Source: Chloroflexota bacterium (GTDB lineage: Bacteria; Chloroflexota; UBA11872; VXOZ01). From it: a DNA stretch of 64,000 nt. The stretch lies in assembly GCA_963662335.2 (NCBI GenBank), contig CAXXVD010000003.1, forward strand, positions 576,001 through 640,000. The letters run 5' to 3'. The position numbers and the translations under genes were made by a program. Within the stretch, counting starts at the first letter, position 1. Each line of letters begins with the position of its first letter. The notes beneath the pieces were generated by a model, which worked only from the letters and a program-made list of their open reading frames with translations, had not been told where the DNA came from and ran no database searches. Below, piece by piece: positions 37,359 through 47,061 of the stretch.

Positions 37359-38546
37359 ATGCTGAATCCCGTGAAAACTACGGACGACCTCCCCGAACCG
37401 CGCGTCATTCAGATCACGCCCATGAGCTTTCTGCTCGGCGCGGGTGTGGTCTTGCTTGTGCTCTTCATCGGCGTGCTTGCCACGCGCATCGTGAGCGTGC
37501 TGGTCTTGCTCTTCCTCGGCATCCTGTTGGCGGAAGCGATCCGGCCGATTGCCAACAAGCTGCGCGCGTGGAAGATCCCCCGCGGCGTGGCCGTGCTCAT
37601 CGTCTACCTGCTCCTGGCGCTCGTCGTCACCGGCATCGGCCTCATCGTCATACCGCCGCTGGTGGCGCAGATCAGCGACGTGGCGGAGGAAGCGCCGGAC
37701 CTCTACAAGCGGTTTAGCGACGCGTTTCTGAACGTGGTCCCGCCGCTGTACCAGTATTCGGTAGACATGGGCTTCGACGAGCAGGTGCGGGAAGTCGGCG
37801 CCAGCCTCACCAACACCCTCACCCAATTCGTCGGCGCCCTGGCCCAGGTGCCGATCCAGATTGCGGGCTTCCTCTTCGGGTTTGTCTCCGTGCTGGTGAT
37901 CGGCTACTTCTGGATGAGCGCGACGGAGGTCTTCAACCGTTCCGTGGTGGCGCTGCTGCCGCCCCGCCGCGCCGCCGCGGCCCGCGGCCTGGCGTCCGAA
38001 CTCTCCCAGCGCGCCGGCGGCTGGGTGCGCGGCCAGGTCATTCTGATGGTCTTCATCGGCGTGGTGACGTTCGTCGGCCTCGTGCTGCTGCGGGTGCCCT
38101 ATGCGGTGGCGCTGGCCACCTGGGCCAGCCTGATGGAGATCGTGCCCATCATCGGGCCGTTTCTCGGGGCCATACCGGCGATACTCGTGGCGTTCACCGT
38201 CTCGCCGTTGCTGGCGCTGGCCGTGGCCATTCTCTACCTCGTCGTGCAGCAGCTTGAAGGCAACATCCTCGTGCCGAAAGTTATGGAACGCGCCGTAGGC
38301 TTGCATCCGCTGTTGGTGATGTTCAGCGTGCTGGCGGGCGGCGTGCTGTACGGGGTGCTGGGCATCGTCATCGCCGTGCCGCTGGTGGCCGCGCTGCAGG
38401 TATTATTCATGCGCATCTTCTTGCCCTGGCTCATTGCCCAACTGGAAGAAGAGGCTGAGCCGCCGGACGGGGACGCGGCCGCGCTGCCGGAAACCGCGGA
38501 CCATAGTGCGGGCGGCGCCGCCGGCGGGAGCGCCGCGCCAAGCTAA
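37359..38546 (+). CDS. AI-2E family transporter
   Basis: VRGQ, EIVPIIGP, QQLEGNILVPKVM..AVGLHP motifs. Confidence 0.93.
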   Translation: MLNPVKTTDDLPEPRVIQITPMSFLLGAGVVLLVLFIGVLATRIVSVLVLLFLGILLAEAIRPIANKLRAWKIPRGVAVLIVYLLLALVVTGIGLIVIPPLVAQISDVAEEAPDLYKRFSDAFLNVVPPLYQYSVDMGFDEQVREVGASLTNTLTQFVGALAQVPIQIAGFLFGFVSVLVIGYFWMSATEVFNRSVVALLPPRRAAAARGLASELSQRAGGWVRGQVILMVFIGVVTFVGLVLLRVPYAVALATWASLMEIVPIIGPFLGAIPAILVAFTVSPLLALAVAILYLVVQQLEGNILVPKVMERAVGLHPLLVMFSVLAGGVLYGVLGIVIAVPLVAALQVLFMRIFLPWLIAQLEEEAEPPDGDAAALPETADHSAGGAAGGSAAPS

Positions 38547-38583
38547 GCCGAAGCCTCGACATTCTGCGGCCCGCCTGGCGGGC

Positions 38584-39624
38584 TTACGGCAGCGCAACCC
38601 AGGTTCTCTCCGCCGCCGCCCGTTGCACGGCGTCGAGCACGCGCTGCGCCGCCAGGCCGTCGGCGAAATCGGCCAGAAAATCCGTGCCGAGAACGGTACC
38701 CACCAGCCGGCCGGTGTGGTATGCTGGGAACGCCTCGTACGCGACCGTAAACTCCGCCGGCAGCGGCGCTTGCGTGAAGCCGATGTCCCCCGGCTTGGCA
38801 ACGCCCACCGTTGGTTCCGCGCCGCGCTCCGTCGCAAAAGCCACGCTCGCCTCTTCCCCGTAGATTTCTACGCGCAGCGAGTTGGAACGCCCGGCGGCCG
38901 CTTGGCTGGCGTGCAGCGTGAGCGGCACGCCGGAGGCCAGGCGGGCGAGGATGAGCGCGGTGTCGTCGTTGGTCACCGCGCCGCCGCGCCGGGCGGCAAT
39001 GTGCGTGGCGGTGTGCGCGGCTACGGAACTGAATTCGCCGAGCCACCAGCGCACCAAGTCGATCGCGTGGCTGCCCACGTCGCCCAACGCGCCGGGGCCG
39101 GCCGCCTGGGCGTCCATGCGCCAGACGTGGGGACGGTCCGCGCCGTGGCGGATATCTTGCAGATAGACGAGGGCAACGTGTGCAATGCGCCCCACACGGC
39201 CCGCGTCCAGGAGATGCTTGACGTAACGCGCGGCGCCAATCGAACGAAAGGTAAAGTTGACGGCGGTGCGAATGCCGGCCTGCTGGGCGGCGGCCGCCAT
39301 CGTTTCGGCGTCGGGCAGCGTGGACGCGAGCGGCTTCTCGCAGATGACGTGGCAGCCGCGTTGCGCCGCCGCGAGCGTCATGGGCGCGTGGGCGGCGTTG
39401 GGCGTGGCGATCAGCACGATCTCCGGCGCGGCGGCGTCCAGCATCTCCGCGTAATCCGTATAGAACGGCAGCGCCGGGTACTGCGACCGCATCTCGTCCG
39501 CGCGCGCCTGGCTGCGGGTGAAAGCGCCAACCACGCGCACCCGGTCGCACGCCAGCAGGCCGGGCAGCAGCACGCGCTGCGTAAAGGAACCGAGGCCGGC
39601 TACCGCTACGCTGTGTGTTTCCAT
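38584..39624 (-). CDS. Gfo/Idh/MocA family oxidoreductase
   Basis: AGLG, IATPN..H, CEKPL, GALGDVGSH.ID. Confidence 0.93.
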   Translation of the reverse strand: METHSVAVAGLGSFTQRVLLPGLLACDRVRVVGAFTRSQARADEMRSQYPALPFYTDYAEMLDAAAPEIVLIATPNAAHAPMTLAAAQRGCHVICEKPLASTLPDAETMAAAAQQAGIRTAVNFTFRSIGAARYVKHLLDAGRVGRIAHVALVYLQDIRHGADRPHVWRMDAQAAGPGALGDVGSHAIDLVRWWLGEFSSVAAHTATHIAARRGGAVTNDDTALILARLASGVPLTLHASQAAAGRSNSLRVEIYGEEASVAFATERGAEPTVGVAKPGDIGFTQAPLPAEFTVAYEAFPAYHTGRLVGTVLGTDFLADFADGLAAQRVLDAVQRAAAERTWVALP

Positions 39625-39922
39625 CGCGGGACGCCCTCCGGAGCGTGTAGCGCACTGTGCCGCGTTGCGTTCCGCGCCGCTAACGGCATTGTATACTGTA
39701 CCGCCGGACGCTTGTCTACTCCGGCAGGCAGCAGGTGACGCGGCTTGCGCCGTTCTCCCCTTACCCCAGGGAGAAGAGGTTTTCTCGCCTGCCGGTTCAA
39801 GGTTTGCGCAGACCTGCGTGGTGAAGTGTCCAATTTTGAGCAGGAACCTAAGAGAATCGGCGCTTGCTCTGGGCGGCAGGCGCTACTATAGATACTATAG
39901 CTAGCAGAATGAAAGTTGCTTT

Positions 39923-39972
39923 CTTAGAATATCCTTAGAATTGGCGGTTAATCCTAAGAATATCCTTAGAAT
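39923..39972 (+). promoter_or_regulatory. Two pairs of 11-bp-period CTTAGAAT direct repeats (putative operator)
   Basis: CTTAGAATATCCTTAGAAT 39923-39941 and CTAAGAATATCCTTAGAAT 39954-39972 in an AT-rich divergent promoter region. Confidence 0.65.
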
Positions 39973-40153
39973 CTATTTACAGTATCCATATCCGGTGCTA
40001 TGCTGGCAGACATAGATCGCAGCGAGCCGGTGGGCCGCTGGAAAGTGAGAAAGGCAACAACGACGTTGCGCCGCGTCCCACCCAGTCCACGCGACGGCAC
40101 AGCGTCGGGACTGCGCCGAGGGCGACCCGGCTGCGGCGAAGGAGGTACGACCC

Positions 40154-40540
40154 ATGGCCACAGATCTCAAGCAAGATGTCGAGCGCGTGCAGCGCTTGCA
40201 GGAAGCGCGCGAAGCGCTGGCGGCGCTCCTCGCGAACTCCCTGGAAACCGATACGCGGGAACGTGAGCGCGGCAGCGATGCGTCGGCAGACGATGACGAC
40301 TTCGTGGACCTGGCGCAAGACGTCGCCATCCAGGAAGACCGCGAAGCGGTGTTGGACGTGCTGCGGCGCGACCTGCGGGCGTTCGATCAGGCCTGGCAGA
40401 AGGCCGAGGCCGGTACCTACGGCGTCTGCGAAGACTGCGGAGAGGGCATCCCGGCGGAACGCCTGGAGTTCATGCCGGAAGCCACGCTCTGCGTGGCCTG
40501 CCAGACCCGGCGGGAGCGCGCCTGGTTCGGCGTGCGCTAA
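40154..40540 (+). CDS. TraR/DksA family C4 zinc-finger protein
   Basis: Coiled coil with DFVDLA tip; GTYGVCEDCG..I..ERL...P.A.LCV.C; AAGGAGGT RBS. Confidence 0.92.
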   Translation: MATDLKQDVERVQRLQEAREALAALLANSLETDTRERERGSDASADDDDFVDLAQDVAIQEDREAVLDVLRRDLRAFDQAWQKAEAGTYGVCEDCGEGIPAERLEFMPEATLCVACQTRRERAWFGVR

Positions 40541-40662
40541 GCGGACACTACACCGACTGCTGTCTCTTACCCTCTCACTCCCTTGGAGAGGAGGGTGGCG
40601 AAACGCCACCCTCCTCTCGTGCTTTAAGGCCGTGTGTGGGATGCGCGGCCGGCCCTCTGCAT

Positions 40663-41562
40663 TCACTCTTTGGTCCGATTCACCAGATAGATCCCGGCCG
40701 CCACCAGCACCGCGCCCGCAATCAACTCCGGTCCCAGCGGCTCGTCCAGCAGCAGGTTGCTCAGCACCACGCCAAAGAGCGGCGTGGCAAAGAAGAGCAC
40801 CACCAGCCGGCTGGCGCTGTAGTGCTGGAGAATGGACGTCCAGGCCACGAAGCAAAAGCCGGCCACCGCCAGACCCTGGTAGAGAATGGCGGTGAGGCTG
40901 GCGACCGATAGACCGTATTGCCAGCCCCGCTCGAATACCGCGCTGAGCAGAAAGAAGCACGGCAGACTGAAGAGCATGGTCCAGATCAGCAGGCGGTAGG
41001 GATGAATGCTCTGCACCAGCCGCTTGGTGGCGACGATGCGCAACGCCAAGAGTGCGCCGCTGGCCAACACGATCGCGTCGCCCAGCAGGTATGCCCCCGA
41101 GGACAAGCTCATGCTCTCCGCGAACGTAAAGGTGACGCCGACAAAGGCCAGCAGGACGCCGGCGGTCTTGGGCACGGTCAGCCGGTCGCCCTGCAGCATG
41201 AAGTGGGCGAAGAGCGTGGTGAAGAGGGGATAGGTGCTGTTGAGCACGATCGACCGGGACGAGGTGGTGAAGTGGGTGCCGACGTTGAGGGCGATGATCT
41301 GGACCAGGAAGATCAGCGACAGGTAGATGAGCGGCACGAGTTCGCCGGGTTCCAGCTTGATCCGCACCCGCTGCCACCAGGCCCAACCGGTGACCGCCGC
41401 CAACCCGACGATGAAGCGAAACCCGGCCAGGGCCAGGGGCGGAATGTCCTGCAAGCCGATCTTGATGGCAACGGAGTTGCCGCCCCAGAGCAACGCCAGG
41501 AACAACACCAGCGCGATGATGCGGACGTCCGGTTCCCGGTTCGCTCCTGTGGTAGACGCCAT
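40663..41562 (-). CDS. DMT/EamA family transporter
   Basis: LWG.N..AIK, P..LA..RF, two EamA halves with 10 TM helices. Confidence 0.93.
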   Translation of the reverse strand: MASTTGANREPDVRIIALVLFLALLWGGNSVAIKIGLQDIPPLALAGFRFIVGLAAVTGWAWWQRVRIKLEPGELVPLIYLSLIFLVQIIALNVGTHFTTSSRSIVLNSTYPLFTTLFAHFMLQGDRLTVPKTAGVLLAFVGVTFTFAESMSLSSGAYLLGDAIVLASGALLALRIVATKRLVQSIHPYRLLIWTMLFSLPCFFLLSAVFERGWQYGLSVASLTAILYQGLAVAGFCFVAWTSILQHYSASRLVVLFFATPLFGVVLSNLLLDEPLGPELIAGAVLVAAGIYLVNRTKE

Positions 41563-41776
41563 GGCTAGGGGCTAATGCGAGGCAACGAAGAAGGAGGCAC
41601 GAACACTACCCAGTCCCCGCATACCGTACGTGCTCATGCATGTGCGATTCGCTAGGCGCTTTCTACCGTCTCTCATCCCAGAGGAGGGCCCGGAGCGTAC
41701 GTGCAGTCGCTTGCGGCGGAGCCGCATCAGGCCAGTGCACGTGCCGACTCTCCGGTAGTAACCGGCATGCGCTCCG

Positions 41777-41844
41777 GTAGCGTAGGTTTGCAACCTGCGC
41801 CGCCACCGCCATGCGCTGCGGTAGCGTAAGTTGACAACCCGCGC
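41777..41844 (+). repeat. Two degenerate GTAGCG(C/T)AGGTT..CAACCTGCGC REP-like palindromes
   Basis: 41777-41800 and 41821-41844; related to 5318-5341. Confidence 0.65.
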
Positions 41845-41856
41845 CGGCCCGGCCGG

Positions 41857-41928
41857 AGCCGACGGCCGGATTTGAACCGGCGGCCTATGGTTTACGAAAC
41901 CATTGCTCTACCACTGAGCTACGTCGGC
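41857..41928 (-). tRNA. tRNA-Thr (anticodon CGT)
   Basis: GCCGACG acceptor stem, AGCTCAGTGGTAGAGC D-arm, ATGGT-TTCGTAA-ACCAT anticodon arm, GGTTCAAATCC T-arm; followed by CCG, so the full CCA is not encoded. Confidence 0.96.
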
Positions 41929-42174
41929 GTGGCAAATACGTTCCAATTGTACCATACCCGTGCCTCGCCAACTCCCTGCCCGTCCGCTGGCAGCCCTTGT
42001 GTCCCGGCGGCGACGGTCACGTGCGCAGAGACTCCCTACCGTTGCCATGCGCACATGAGACCGCGAGCGCAACGCGAGCGTAAGCCTCTGGCAAACTCGC
42101 CCTAATCTTGGTAGGTTAAAGTTGCTCGCGAGCCCAGTGCGCACGGACGAGCGGCTTAGCGGACACTATCGTAC

Positions 42175-43275
42175 GTGCCTACCACGATTGCAGAGAGAAC
42201 CATCGCCACGACACCGCAGCTTACGCACACGCCGACGTCGTCGAAACCGCCAACTCCGGCGGAAGCGCCAACTTCGTCGCAGACGCAGGTTTCGCCTAAG
42301 CCGCCGAAACGTCCCGGCATCGAGCGGGGTGACACCGCGCGGGAGGCCGCGCGCAAGACCCTGCGCTTCCATTTCAGCCGCATGTTGAAGCACGAAGCCG
42401 GCACGATCGTCGGCAGCGACATCGAGGAACTCCACGACATGCGCGTGGCCGTGCGCCGGATGCGCGCGGCGGTGCAGTTGTTACGCCCGTATCTTCCCAA
42501 GAAGCGCGCCGCTTCCCTGCGCAAGGACCTGCGGCGTCTGGGCCGCGCCCTGGGCCCCACGCGCGACTACGACGTGATGCTGGCCAACCTCGAGACCTAC
42601 CGCGCGGCAATGCCGGCGCACATCCAAGACGGGCTCACGCCGCTCGCGCGGCGTTGGCAGAAGCGGCGCGTGCGGGCGCGCCGGACGATGCTGCGGTACC
42701 TGACAAGCAAACGCTACCGCACGCTCAAGCGCGAGTTGGCCGCTTTCCTCGAACCCGCGGGCGCGTCCCCACAACCGGGCGCGCCTGAATATCCCCAGAA
42801 CGCCGCCGTCGGGCCGCAGCCGCTCGTGGCTGCCGCGGCTCCGGGCCTGGTTGGCGCCCGCTATGAGAAACTGCTGGCATACGGCCCGTCACTCCACGGC
42901 GCGTCCATAGAGACGCTGCACGACCTGCGCATCGACTGCAAGCGCCTGCGCTATGCCCTGGAGTTCCTGCGCGAAATCCTGATCCCGCCGGCCGCGGCGG
43001 CGATCGAGGACGTCAAGCGCGCCCAAGACCACCTGGGCGACCTGAACGACGCCTACGTGGCCGGAACCGTCCTGCGCACGTTCTTGGAGAAACGGCAGCG
43101 CGACCGCGACGACGGGCACTACCCGGCCGCCGCCAAGGAAGCGCTCTGCGGCTACCTGGCGTTTTGCGACGACCGGGCGCGGACGAACGCCCAGACGTTT
43201 CCGGCGCTTTGGCAGCATCTCACCGGAGACGAGTTCCGCCAGCGCCTGCACGAGATCATGAATACCGCGCCGTGA
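42175..43275 (+). CDS. CHAD domain (polyphosphate-binding) protein
   Basis: LHDMRVAVRRMR, LG..RDYDV, LHDLRI..KRLRY..E, QDHLGDLND; start uncertain. Confidence 0.93.
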   Translation: MPTTIAERTIATTPQLTHTPTSSKPPTPAEAPTSSQTQVSPKPPKRPGIERGDTAREAARKTLRFHFSRMLKHEAGTIVGSDIEELHDMRVAVRRMRAAVQLLRPYLPKKRAASLRKDLRRLGRALGPTRDYDVMLANLETYRAAMPAHIQDGLTPLARRWQKRRVRARRTMLRYLTSKRYRTLKRELAAFLEPAGASPQPGAPEYPQNAAVGPQPLVAAAAPGLVGARYEKLLAYGPSLHGASIETLHDLRIDCKRLRYALEFLREILIPPAAAAIEDVKRAQDHLGDLNDAYVAGTVLRTFLEKRQRDRDDGHYPAAAKEALCGYLAFCDDRARTNAQTFPALWQHLTGDEFRQRLHEIMNTAP

Positions 43276-43321
43276 GGCCGCGGCCGCGCTTGCGGGATAG
43301 GCAGCGCAACGAGGAGCGCAC

Positions 43322-44995
43322 ATGACCGGAGAACGGATTGCCGTCATCGACATTGGCTCCAATTCCGCGCGCCTGGCGCTCTTGGAGGTGTATGAAGACC
43401 GCGCGTTCAAGCTGGTAGATGAACTCCGCGAGACGCTGCGGCTGGGCGAACAGCTTGACGCGGACGGCAACCTCACGGCGGAAGCGATCCAGCGCACGTT
43501 GGAAATCTGCCGCGTGCTGGCGCGCTTCTGCACGGCGCACCGCGTGACGCACGTCATCGGCGTTGCCACCAGCGCCCTGCGCCGCGCCCGCAACGGGCCG
43601 GCGGTCGTCGACCGCATCGCGGCCGAAACCGGCCTGCCCATCCGCATCATTTCGGGCGAACAGGAAGCCTACTACGACTTCGTGGCGGCGGTGAATAGCT
43701 CCGCCGCGGCGGATAGCGTGGTGGTTGACATTGGCGGCGGCAGCGCGCAAATCGTCCGCGCCCACCAGCGCGCGGCCACCCACATGGCTAGCCTGCCGCT
43801 CGGCGCAATCACGCTCACCAGCGCGTTCCTGAACCGCGATCGACCGACGAACAAGCAGATACGCGCGCTCGAGAGACACATCCAGGCCAATTTGCGCACG
43901 CTCTCCTGGCTCCACGAAGACGGCGCCGCCGACGCAACCGCTGACGCACGCGCGGCAAATGGCGCGCCGGGCGCCGCGGCCGCTCTCGCATCCAACGGCG
44001 GGCCCGTCTTGATCGGCATCGGCGGCGCCGTGCGCAACCTGGCAAAGATCTACCGGCGGCAGTCCGGCTATCCCCTCCACTTGCTCCACGGCATGAGCGT
44101 CCCCATGGAAGCCGTAGAAGAGATATACGCAACGCTCAGAAAGCTCAACCTGGAGCAACGGCGCAAGGTGCCCGGTCTTTCCACCAAGCGGGCGGACATC
44201 ATCGTGGCGGGAGCGGCGGTGGTGTGTGCCCTGGCGCGGGAGATTGGCGCTTCCGCTTTGGCCATCAGCGGCCGGGGCCTGCGCGAGGGGCTATTCTTCA
44301 ATCATGTTCTGGGCGGAGAACTCGTGGAACCGCGCGTGCCCGACCCGGCGCTCTTCGGCGCGACCAACCTCATGCGCTACTACAACGTGGATGAAACCCA
44401 CGCCAACCACGTGGCCAACCTGGCGCTCTCGCTCTTCGCTCAACTCGCGCCGCTGCACGGGCTGGACGCCAACGCGCGCAAACTGCTCCACATTGCCGCG
44501 CTGCTCCACGACGTGGGCGTGGCCGTTAACTACTACAACCACGACGAGCACGGCTTCTACCTGCTCACGCGCACGGGCATCGACGGCCTGACCCACCGGG
44601 AGTTGCTGATCGTGGCCTGCCTTGTAGCCGCGCACAACGGCAACGTCGGCCCCCTGAAACGCTGGCCGGAATACCGCTCGCTCCTGCACAAGCGCGACGC
44701 TGACGCCGTAGCCAAACTCAGCGCGCTCCTGCAACTCAGCGAGGCGCTCGACCGCAGCGAGTCCGGGCTGGTGGAAGCCGTGCGGTGTGAGATTGTGGAC
44801 AGCCGCCAAGTAACGCTCCATCTCGCCGCAGACCCCGACGCCGTGTGCGAACGCCGCGAAACGCAGGCAATGCTTACTGACATTGCAGCAGCATTTGGTG
44901 TACACTTTACGTTGGACTACGCGCACGAACATTTGGGGGGCGCGCACGCTGAGAGCGCGCCCACGGCGGCGTCCGCGAAGAAGGCAACACACTAG
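43322..44995 (+). CDS. ppx: Ppx/GppA exopolyphosphatase with HD domain
   Basis: IDIGSNS, ATSALR, GEQEA, DIGGGS, RADII, GLREG, LLHDVG. Confidence 0.95.
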   Translation: MTGERIAVIDIGSNSARLALLEVYEDRAFKLVDELRETLRLGEQLDADGNLTAEAIQRTLEICRVLARFCTAHRVTHVIGVATSALRRARNGPAVVDRIAAETGLPIRIISGEQEAYYDFVAAVNSSAAADSVVVDIGGGSAQIVRAHQRAATHMASLPLGAITLTSAFLNRDRPTNKQIRALERHIQANLRTLSWLHEDGAADATADARAANGAPGAAAALASNGGPVLIGIGGAVRNLAKIYRRQSGYPLHLLHGMSVPMEAVEEIYATLRKLNLEQRRKVPGLSTKRADIIVAGAAVVCALAREIGASALAISGRGLREGLFFNHVLGGELVEPRVPDPALFGATNLMRYYNVDETHANHVANLALSLFAQLAPLHGLDANARKLLHIAALLHDVGVAVNYYNHDEHGFYLLTRTGIDGLTHRELLIVACLVAAHNGNVGPLKRWPEYRSLLHKRDADAVAKLSALLQLSEALDRSESGLVEAVRCEIVDSRQVTLHLAADPDAVCERRETQAMLTDIAAAFGVHFTLDYAHEHLGGAHAESAPTAASAKKATH

Positions 44996-45018
44996 TGTGA
45001 GACCAGGAGATACCGCCA

Positions 45019-45744
45019 GTGGCTTTGAAGAAGATCCGCGGGCTCGGCCTGAACAAGAAGTATCCCGGCCGCCTGATCGTGGTGGAGGGCTGCGACGGTT
45101 CCGGCAAGAGCACCCAACTCCACCTCCTGCGCGTCTGGTTGCAGTCGCAGGGGTATCCGGTGGTCTACACCGAGTGGAACTCGTCGGCCATCGTGAAGCA
45201 GGCGACGCGGCGGGCGAAGCGCAAAGAGTTGCTCACGCCCACCACGTTTAGCCTCATCCACGCCTGCGACTTTGCCGATCGCTACGAGAAGGTCATCCTG
45301 CCGCCGCTCCACGCCGGCTGCATCGTGCTGGCCGACCGCTACGTCTACACCGCCTACGCGCGGGACGTGGCGCGCGGCTGCGACCTGCCCTGGGTGCGCA
45401 ACACCTACCGCTTTGCCGTGAAGCCCACCATCGCCTTCTACTTCCATGCGCCGTTGGAGGTCTCGATCTCGCGCATCCTCTTTGGCCGCCCGTCGCTGAA
45501 ATACTACGAGGCCGGCATGGATACGGGCCTCTCGCTGGATCCGGTGGAGAGCTTCAAGCTGTTTCAAGGCAAGATCAAAGAGCAGTACGATAGTATGGCC
45601 CGCAACGAACAGTTCGTCGTGATAGACGCCACGCGCACGATTCACGAGACGTGGGAGGAAGTGCAAAAGGTCGTGCTGGAGAAGCTGGCGGACTACGAGC
45701 CGCCGTCCAAACAAAACCTCCTCTCTCAGGGCATCGTCGCATAG
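45019..45744 (+). CDS. Thymidylate-kinase-like P-loop kinase A (intact Walker A); candidate polyphosphate kinase subunit
   Basis: IVVEGCDGSGKST, LADRY, YYEAGMD; lacks the canonical Tmk TREPG motif. Confidence 0.85.
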   Translation: MALKKIRGLGLNKKYPGRLIVVEGCDGSGKSTQLHLLRVWLQSQGYPVVYTEWNSSAIVKQATRRAKRKELLTPTTFSLIHACDFADRYEKVILPPLHAGCIVLADRYVYTAYARDVARGCDLPWVRNTYRFAVKPTIAFYFHAPLEVSISRILFGRPSLKYYEAGMDTGLSLDPVESFKLFQGKIKEQYDSMARNEQFVVIDATRTIHETWEEVQKVVLEKLADYEPPSKQNLLSQGIVA

Positions 45745-45771
45745 CCCTCTCCGGCGGGAAAGAGGGAAGTC

Positions 45772-46527
45772 TTGGCAAGCGAAAAGGGAGATGAACGAGT
45801 GTCATCCGTGCTGCCGGTGCGTGCGCGCTTCTACGGCTGCGGGCTGCCATACCTGGACGACCTGGAGCCTACCGGGCCGTTGATCGTCATCGAAGGCTCG
45901 GATTGTTCCGGGCGTTCCACCCAGACGCAGATGCTCAAGGAGTCGTTGGAAGCGGCCGGGCACGCCGTGCTGGAGATGGGCATCCGCCGTTCGGACCTCA
46001 TGGCAAAGGCCATTTCCGCCGCCAAGCGGGGCAATCTGCTGGGCAAGACCACGCTCAGCCTGCTCTACGCCACGGACCTGGCCGACCAGTTGGAGAACCG
46101 CCTGGTGCCGGCGATGCAGGCCGGTTTCGTGGTGCTGGCCGACCGCTACATATACACGCTCATGGCGCGGGACCTGGCGCGGGGCGCGGACCTGAAGTGG
46201 CTGAAGCGCCTCTTCGGCATCGCGCTGGAGCCGGACTTGATCATCTTCCTGGACGCGGAGCCGGAGGTGCTCTTCCACCGCACGTTGGCGAAGTACGGCG
46301 AACTGAACTACTGGGAGTCCGGCATGGATCTGCCCATGGGCAGCAGCATGTTCGAGAGCTTTCTCAAGTACCAGGCGTCGCTGCGCAAGCACTTCCACCG
46401 GCTGGGCGACGAGTACGGCTTCCACATGATCGACGCCACGCCCAGCCCCAAGAAGATCCACAAGCAGATTAGCGCGGTGGTTTCCGGCTACCTGGCGGAA
46501 TTGACGCAGCAGTCAGCCGACCGCTAG
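45772..46527 (+). CDS. Thymidylate-kinase-like protein B (degenerate Walker A); candidate polyphosphate kinase subunit
   Basis: IVIEGSDCSGRST (K to R), LADRY, YWESGMD; paralog of the upstream gene. Confidence 0.85.
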   Translation: MASEKGDERVSSVLPVRARFYGCGLPYLDDLEPTGPLIVIEGSDCSGRSTQTQMLKESLEAAGHAVLEMGIRRSDLMAKAISAAKRGNLLGKTTLSLLYATDLADQLENRLVPAMQAGFVVLADRYIYTLMARDLARGADLKWLKRLFGIALEPDLIIFLDAEPEVLFHRTLAKYGELNYWESGMDLPMGSSMFESFLKYQASLRKHFHRLGDEYGFHMIDATPSPKKIHKQISAVVSGYLAELTQQSADR

Positions 46528-46541
46528 CGCCAAACGGGCCG

Positions 46542-46937
46542 CTAGTCGTCCAGCGCGTGGAGGAGCGTGCGCACCCGCGCTTCGATTTGATCCCGGATGC
46601 CGCGCACCACGGCCGCCGGCTGTCCGCTGGGATCCGGGAGCCCCCAGTCCTCCACCGGCCCAAGCGCCGCCGGGCACGATTCGTCGATGGCGCAGCCCAT
46701 GGTGATGATTCTATCCGCCCAGTCGGCCAACTCCTGGGTAAGCAGCGCCGGCCGGTGACCGGCCAAACTGACGCCCCGCTCGGCCATCACCTGCGCCGCG
46801 ATCGGATTCACCCGCGCGCCCGGCTCCGTTCCCGCCGAACGCGCCTCCGCCTTGCCGCCGGCCAGGTGGCGCAGGAACGCCTCCGCCATCTGGCTGCGGC
46901 CGGCATTGTGGACGCAGACGAAGAGCACGCGCATCAT
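46542..46937 (-). CDS. arsC: Arsenate reductase / low-molecular-weight phosphatase family
   Basis: CVHNAGRSQMAE (CX5R), ITMGC....CP, W.L.DP. Confidence 0.9.
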   Translation of the reverse strand: MMRVLFVCVHNAGRSQMAEAFLRHLAGGKAEARSAGTEPGARVNPIAAQVMAERGVSLAGHRPALLTQELADWADRIITMGCAIDESCPAALGPVEDWGLPDPSGQPAAVVRGIRDQIEARVRTLLHALDD

Positions 46938-46984
46938 CGCAGGTTCCTTCCCCATCTCACCCAACAGGTTTCCCCCTCTCCCCC

Positions 46985-47045
46985 GTAGCGCGGGGGCTTG
47001 TCCCCCGCTGGAAGCTGACACGTAGCGCGGGGGCTTGTCCCCCGC
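46985..47045 (+). repeat. Two direct copies of GTAGCGCGGGGGCTTGTCCCCCGC
   Basis: 46985-47008 and 47022-47045 between phoU and arsC. Confidence 0.85.
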
Positions 47046-47061
47046 CGCCCGTAGGCTTTGC

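Noticed and set aside
41572-41928. Integrated element at tRNA-Thr
   Set aside because: No integrase nearby and no duplicated tRNA 3' end seen in the window.
45019-46527. Plain annotation as two tmk (dTMP kinase) genes
   Set aside because: Canonical TREPG motif absent, one P-loop is degenerate, and the context is polyphosphate metabolism, so no gene symbol was assigned.
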